NCBI RefSeq assembly: GCF_006345805.1
Contig: NC_043015.1
Coordinates: forward strand, 39,432,001 to 39,496,000
From: Octopus sinensis
Taxonomy: Eukaryota
DNA: 64,000 bases
Direction of reading: 5' to 3'
The notes beneath the pieces were generated by a model that was not told where the DNA came from, made no database searches, and saw nothing but the letters and a program-made list of their open reading frames with translations. Numbering within the stretch: the first letter of the stretch is position 1; every line of letters begins with the position of its first letter. The position numbers were made by a program, and so were the translations under genes. Below, one piece after another: positions 57,740 through 64,000 of this stretch.

Positions 57740-57955
57740 ATATATGTGTGTGTATGTATATAGAAAGGAAGGTGTGTGTGTGTATGTATATAGAAAGGAA
57801 GGAGTGTGTATGTATATAGAAAGGAAGGTGTGTGTGTGTGTGTGTGTGTGTATGTATATAGAAAGGAAGGTGTGTGTGTGTGTATGTATATAGAAAGGAA
57901 GGTGGTGTGTGTGTGTATGTATATAGAAAGGAAGGAGTGTGTGTGTGTGTGCATG
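57740..57955. repeat. Minisatellite (TG)n-TATGTATATAGAAAGGAAGG, 6 copies, downstream of the Rubicon stop
   Basis: Directly visible repeats. Confidence 0.85.
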
Positions 57956-59858
57956 TGATCAATAACTGGAGAAGGATGGTGTCACATGTTGCCCTGCAAT
58001 GTATATTTTGATGAGATCTTGCAGTGAAAGGTTGTTGAAGCTTTCTTACAAAAATTCTGAACAGGGAACCAACTGAAAATCTGGAGTAAAAAACTATTAG
58101 AAATGTCAATTTGTTTCACCAAAGCAAAACGATTCCTTTGCTTTTTTCCTTTGTGGAAATGGTTTCACTTTGAAATGTTTTATCTTTTGTTCTTTTAATC
58201 AGAAATTAAATTTTAGTTGAGAATTTTTCTTGAATTCTAGATTGGTCCTCCAAACAAAATGGCAGAGGGACCTCTGGATTATATGGCAAAGGTGACCCCT
58301 AAATAATATGGCAGGGTGACCACTAAATTATTGTTTTATTCTTTGGTATTTAAAACTAAATCTTTTTTTTTTTTTATAATTGTGAAATTGGATCAATCTG
58401 GAAACTTGATTGTGGAATGGAATATTGATTTCAGTATAACTCTGGTATGAGCAATAAAGAAATGTATGTAACCCTGGAGGAGATTGGACGATGTGTGGAG
58501 AATTAATCCAAGCTTCATTTAAAGAATTATGTAAATGTTGCTTTCATAGAAATAATTAGGTTTAGGGCCAATTCCTACTTTAAGGGAAATCTGTGTAGTT
58601 CAAAAGTTTTCTAACTGAATTAATAATAAAAATGATAATAATAATGATGATAAATCCATGCACTATTAACATTAGAGAAATCATTCCTTGACCTTTGACC
58701 TTTGGAAATTTCATGGTCCAATTACTCAGTGCCTTACACAAGAGTATTCTTCACTCAAACTTTGTTGCTAAATTTAAAAAAAAAATTTTCTTCAGTAAAA
58801 TGAAGAATTGATGGTAGACTTTTGGATAAACTGTGACTCAAGAGTTACTTTAGGCCTGAATAGATTATCCCTAAATGGATTAAGGAATATCTTTGATGAC
58901 ACAGATTTGAAGGTTTTAGTTTGTCTAATCTCTCTTAGTTAACTGTGTGACCCTCCCCACTTTTTTTTTTGACATTGTAAACCTGCCTAAAAAACCGAGA
59001 GCTGCCTTTCTATGTTACTGACCCCTGAACTATAAAACCCTTGTCTTCAGCTACTTCAAAACCGTTTTTTAAACTTCCAATCTCTGTCAGCCACTGAGTA
59101 TAAACTCCTGATTGGTTAGGGGTTAGGTTTGGTATGTGGAGTCACCTACGGAACGACTTTCATCAGAAACTTAAAACTGAATCTTCGTTTCACTTGATTC
59201 CACATTTTCTAATTAATTAGAGGAAAATTGTCAGAATTATGTTGCTCTGTCTGTGGGACCCAGTACAAAACTTTTATTTGGGAACCAACATTAAACTCTC
59301 TCATTTAACCATTCCAAATATTTCCATAAATCCTTTCAAAGTGTCTTGTGCTATTCTACTGTAGCACTGTCCATCTTCTAAGTGAAGACTATGATCAGTA
59401 GGAATACTGTTAAATTGCTGAAGACTAGGTGTTTGGATTTAATTATGTCACATATTTGTTGGTAATAACATTTAATTCCATCCAAACATTCCTTTATATA
59501 GCTACACTTTGTAGAATACTTCTTTAATTTTGTTAGAATCTTCAGAACTGTGAAACGATATGATTTATGCCAAGATTAACCAGAGTAAATAGTGCAATGA
59601 CCCTTCCAGTCCACCTGAAATACAGAAACTCCTATCTCTGAGGGGCCATCCTTTTTCACAGCCATCAATTTGGACTCTGATGATTGAAGCCTTCCTCTTC
59701 TTTAGAAGTCTGCCTGATGCTTTTTACCAATTTTTATGAAGCTCAATTGGATATAGTTGGCTTGGGTGTAAAGAAGTTGTCAGTTCTTACTGACCTGGTT
59801 GAAAGTCTGTGATAGAAACATTCATTCTATCTCTAACCATTTCACTGTTACATCATAA

Positions 59859-60325
59859 TATGAGGGTGAGTCAAAAAGTAATGCCATTTTGTTTAGGACA
59901 GGTATAATTACCAACACAGGAACATGTATCATACATCAAAATGAAGCTGGTCCTCTGTGAATCACATCCCTACTTCTCAACATAGTCACCATTTCTCTCA
60001 ATAGTAATGTTCCACCTTCAAATGAGAGCATGTATTCCTGCCCCATAGAATTCTGTTGACTGCTTTGAACCACTTCTTCACTACAGTTTTCACTTCCTCG
60101 TCACTGGAATAAGGTTTGCCTCTCAAACCGTCTTTCATGGGGCTGAAGAGATGATAGTCCATCTCTCATTCGGTGGGGGAACATTGCTATTGAGAGAAAC
60201 TGTGACTATGTTGAGAAGTAGGGATGTGATCCACAGAACCAGCTTCATTTTGATGTATGATACATGTTCCTGTATTGGTAATTATACCTGTCCTAAACAG
60301 CATTACTTTTTGACTCACCCTCGTA
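59859..60325. mobile_element. mariner-derived MITE with transposase C-terminal remnant
   Basis: TA(C/T)GAGGGTGAGTCAAAAAGTAATGC termini; minus strand DYHLFSPMKDGLRGKPYSSDEEVKTVVKKWF/QSTEFYGAGIHALI*RWNITIERNGDYVEK*. Confidence 0.9.
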
Positions 60326-63300
60326 TGTCTGTAGACGTTTAAGGTACTTTCTGTAAGAAATAATTTTAGATTTCTGTCATTATCAGAATTTTGCTATTGT
60401 CTTCTGATAATATTTTAGTTTAGGCCAATTTTCTTGGTTAGAATATCTATATTAATGTCTTGTGTTATTTTCTGAAATAAGAAAAATGGTTTAGATTTCT
60501 ATGGAATCCATTTGTCTTGAAATTCCTTTGCATGATGTCTGTGTGTCCACAGAGCAATGAATGATCTTCCATATTGGAAAGATGTGAGATTTATTTCTAT
60601 AAATTCTAAAATTTGGTTCTTATTTGCTACAAGTTCTAACATCTGCTGCCAACCAACTTCATAATCGTTTTCCCCTATGAACGCTAGCTGGCAGAATTGT
60701 TAGCACACTGGGTGAAATGCTTAGCAGTATTTCACCCATCACTAACATTCTGAGTTCAAATTCCGCCAAGGTCAACTTTGCCTTTCATCCTTTCGGAGTC
60801 AATAAAGTTGAATACTGGGGTCAATGAGTGCGACTGTTCCCCTCCCCAGAAAATCCAGGCCTTGTGCCTATAGTAGAAAGGATTATTATTATTATTATTA
60901 TTATTATTAAGGTAGTGAGCTGGCAGAAATGTTAACACACCAGGCAAAATGCTTAACAGTATTTCATCTATGTTCTGAGTTCAAATTCCACCGAGGTCAA
61001 CTTTGCCTTTCATCTTTTCGGGGTCGACAAATTAAGTACCAGTTGCGTGCTGGGGTCGACCTAATCGACTGGCTCCCTTCCCCAAAATTCCAGGCCTTGT
61101 GCCTATAATAGGAAGGATTATTATTATTAATTTTGCTATTATTGGCTGAAACCGTACAATAGATGATCCAATGTGCTGTCTTCAGTTTTATTCTCTGCCT
61201 CCCTACTTCCTGGTCTCAAATTCTGCTGGTGTCTATTTTTTTTTTTTTTTTTAATTTTGTTATTGACCCCTGGAGGGGTGGGGAATATCATTAAGTTCTG
61301 TACCAGTCATGTCTTGAGGTAGAGTCAATCCACTTATAAGCTTCCATTACAAATTCGTGGTCTCGTACCAATGTGACGATAATTTTTACCCTTCTTTCAT
61401 TTGCTTTTGTTAAAAATGTTGGTTTTGTGGAAATTTCAAACTGCGGAATCGGTTTCTAGAATGTCATCACCATCATCATCACCATCGTCATCATCATCAC
61501 TACCGCCGCCACCATCATCACCACAAAGGTATCACATTAATTCCGAGTTAAATGTGCAATCATTTTATGCTTTACATTGTTGATGTGTTATGTGGTGTCG
61601 TGGTGGCTGTACTATGTCCTACACTGTAATGTATAGTGTATTGAACTGTGTCCTGTACTGTACCATACTGTACCAAATATATTGTTATTTATTCTTGGCT
61701 ATTTGTCCTTGTATTTATTTATTTCCGTAATTTATAGGTTAAGAATCGGTAGAGCATCTGTAAAATACTTTGTGGCATCGGTTGCATGCCTCGAAGTGCA
61801 GAGTTCAATTCCCATCCAGTCCCACATTTTGCCTTCCATCCTTCCAAAATCAGAAAAAAAAAAAAAAAAAGAAATTGGGGTTGATATAATTCCTTGTGCT
61901 CTAGAAGGTGGTGCCCCAGTATGGCCAGACCTGTGACTAAAAAACAATAAAAGAATGTCTGTGTGTCTTTTACCATTGTGTGTGTGTGAGAGAGAGAGAG
62001 AAATGAAGAAATATTTTCTAGATGATGATAATGGTGGGAAAAAATATATTATTTTTCTGTTAAAATCACCAGTTTTCATCAATTTTACTTCAAACAACAT
62101 TTTGAATACTCTCTTTCCTGTTGTTGGTGCCAAGCTTAGTATTTACCATTCCTCCATTCCAATGGAAGTTGTGAACATATAGAATATTCTTAAGTTTTAA
62201 ACTATTAACTACCAACAGCCTTCTTTACCAAAATCACTTTCAAACAAGCACCTGTTTTCTTTCCTTTTCTTTTTCTTTTTTTTTTACCTGTTTCGTCATG
62301 GATGGAATTTGTGTGCATTTCTTTAATTTATCATGAACCTTTTAGGCAGGGAATGCTTTCCTTTGGTCGACCTCCTCTCTTTGCGTTCCTCTCATCCATG
62401 GCCATTTTCTTTCTGTCTGGTAATTTTCAACCAGATGTTCAGCATCGTTAATGATTTAACGATGATTAAAATTCCTCCAAGTCTGTTGAGGTCAGGTGTT
62501 TGAAATAAAGGCTTTGGCTAAATCATAATTGATAAACAACCCTATCCCACCCCTATGAGACGCTATCTGTGATTCAAGTGATGTCTCCAAGCCAGATGAA
62601 TTTATGACTCCCCTACCCCCACTTCTGAAGAATCTGGTTTTCTTTGCTACTACTTTGGCTGTAAAACTATTTGATGGTTGGTCTTTCCAGCCTGGCAGAT
62701 GACAAATGATAGATGTGATTTAAATGTTGGTTTATATCCAACTTGATTTATGATGACATCCCTGTCACATGTAAATGTGATTGAGACATCAAAGCTAATG
62801 CTGAAAAGACATCAGCTGTTTTTGATATCCTTCAAAATTGTCCGAAAGAAATTAGCCATTAAATTAGGGTCTGGAAGATCCGGCTTGCTTTGCCTTGGCA
62901 CAAAATTTGTGGTGAGAGAGAAGAAACGTTGGTTTGAGCCATGTCTGTGATAAATGGAACATTCTTTGTCTGCCATTTTTAATGGAACTTACTTCCTCTG
63001 TGGACTTCCTGTCTGCATCCCTTTGTCTTTAGTGAGCAGATGCTGTGTGTTTGAAAGAGTAGAACCAGTGCATGTGTGTGTGGTCCTGCTGTCTGTGTCA
63101 GAGGGGTTATACTGAGATACTGAGATCAAATACATGTTAAACAGATTTATTTATGTTTCAACACCAGAAAACAGTGGTTTTAAGTTCAATTCTTTCTCGG
63201 ATCTGTTTTATTTATTTTAATTTTTTTTTTTGTTTTGTTTGGTTTTCAAATTCTATTCTTCACCATTATTACTTTTATTATTATTATTATTATTATTACT

Positions 63301-64000
63301 ATTATTGTTGTTGCTCCTGTTTCCTGAGTTTATTTCGCAACTAAACCACTTTATGTAAATATCTGATAATAAATCAAACCAGACATTTTCTAATTCTTAT
63401 TAACGAATTTCTTGCCTCATTCACTGTTAATCAGTCAATTATTTCTTTATCGGGATTTTAATATTTCATAAATCCCAATTGCTGACTAAATCTCATTGGT
63501 TGCAGGTTTACTATAGACCATTCACTGGTTCACTACATTCTCATGATGGGAGTGTCCATAACTCAATGCAGAACAAATATCTCAAGAGACTGAAAGACAC
63601 TTTTTTAATATTATTTTGTATTATTATTTCTAGGTGTTTCTATCCTTCGGTGAAAGATATATAAATATAAATGTCAAATACAGCTCTGAATATACTGGTA
63701 AATCAATCCCTGGTCACATGGACATAGTTATTTTGGATTAATCAAAAGGGCGCCATACCCATTGTCTGGGGTCACAGTTAACTTGTCAACCACTACAAGA
63801 TCAAATGTAACACTATGGAAGGGAAACTACATGAATATCAGATTGATGGACCAGATTATGGAATAATTTACAGCAGGACTGATTGCAAACAGATGAGACA
63901 TATTCTTTTATTTGTTTCAGTCATTTGATTGTGGCCAAGCTGGAGCACTGCTAAGTGACGGGGACGTAAACACACCAGCATTGGTTGTCAAGCGATGTTG

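Noticed and set aside
59540-59810. Minus-strand terminal exon after TTCTGTATTTCAG, plus a 12-nt microexon
   Set aside because: All frames stop within 25 codons and give no recognisable peptide.

Overview
Animal genomic DNA: AT-rich, dense in microsatellites and SINEs/MITEs. The repeat families look like those I associate with Octopus; this is recalled, not verified by search. No prokaryotic features and no CRISPR arrays. Most of the window is one spliced plus-strand gene encoding a Rubicon-family autophagy regulator (RUN domain, Ser-rich/coiled-coil middle, C-terminal Rubicon-homology zinc domain). I traced 21 phase-consistent GT-AG coding exons from 9340 to the stop at 57184, plus a tentative ATG exon at 4508-4596; together they give 2886 nt, 961 aa plus stop. 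Introns hold tRNA-derived SINEs, RTE LINE remnants, Helitrons and piggyBac-, hAT-, Tigger- and mariner-type MITEs. Most unusual items: (1) a zero-spacer head-to-head dimer of a tRNA-headed element carrying a Penelope-type minimal hammerhead, flanked by a 17-bp target duplication (38274-38779); (2) four more hammerhead-like motifs of different sequence; (3) an 86-bp foldback enclosing TTAGGG repeats; (4) candidate alternative exons in the 10.7-kb third intron that could give a RUN-truncated isoform. Most ORF-track ORFs are microsatellite or repeat artefacts.
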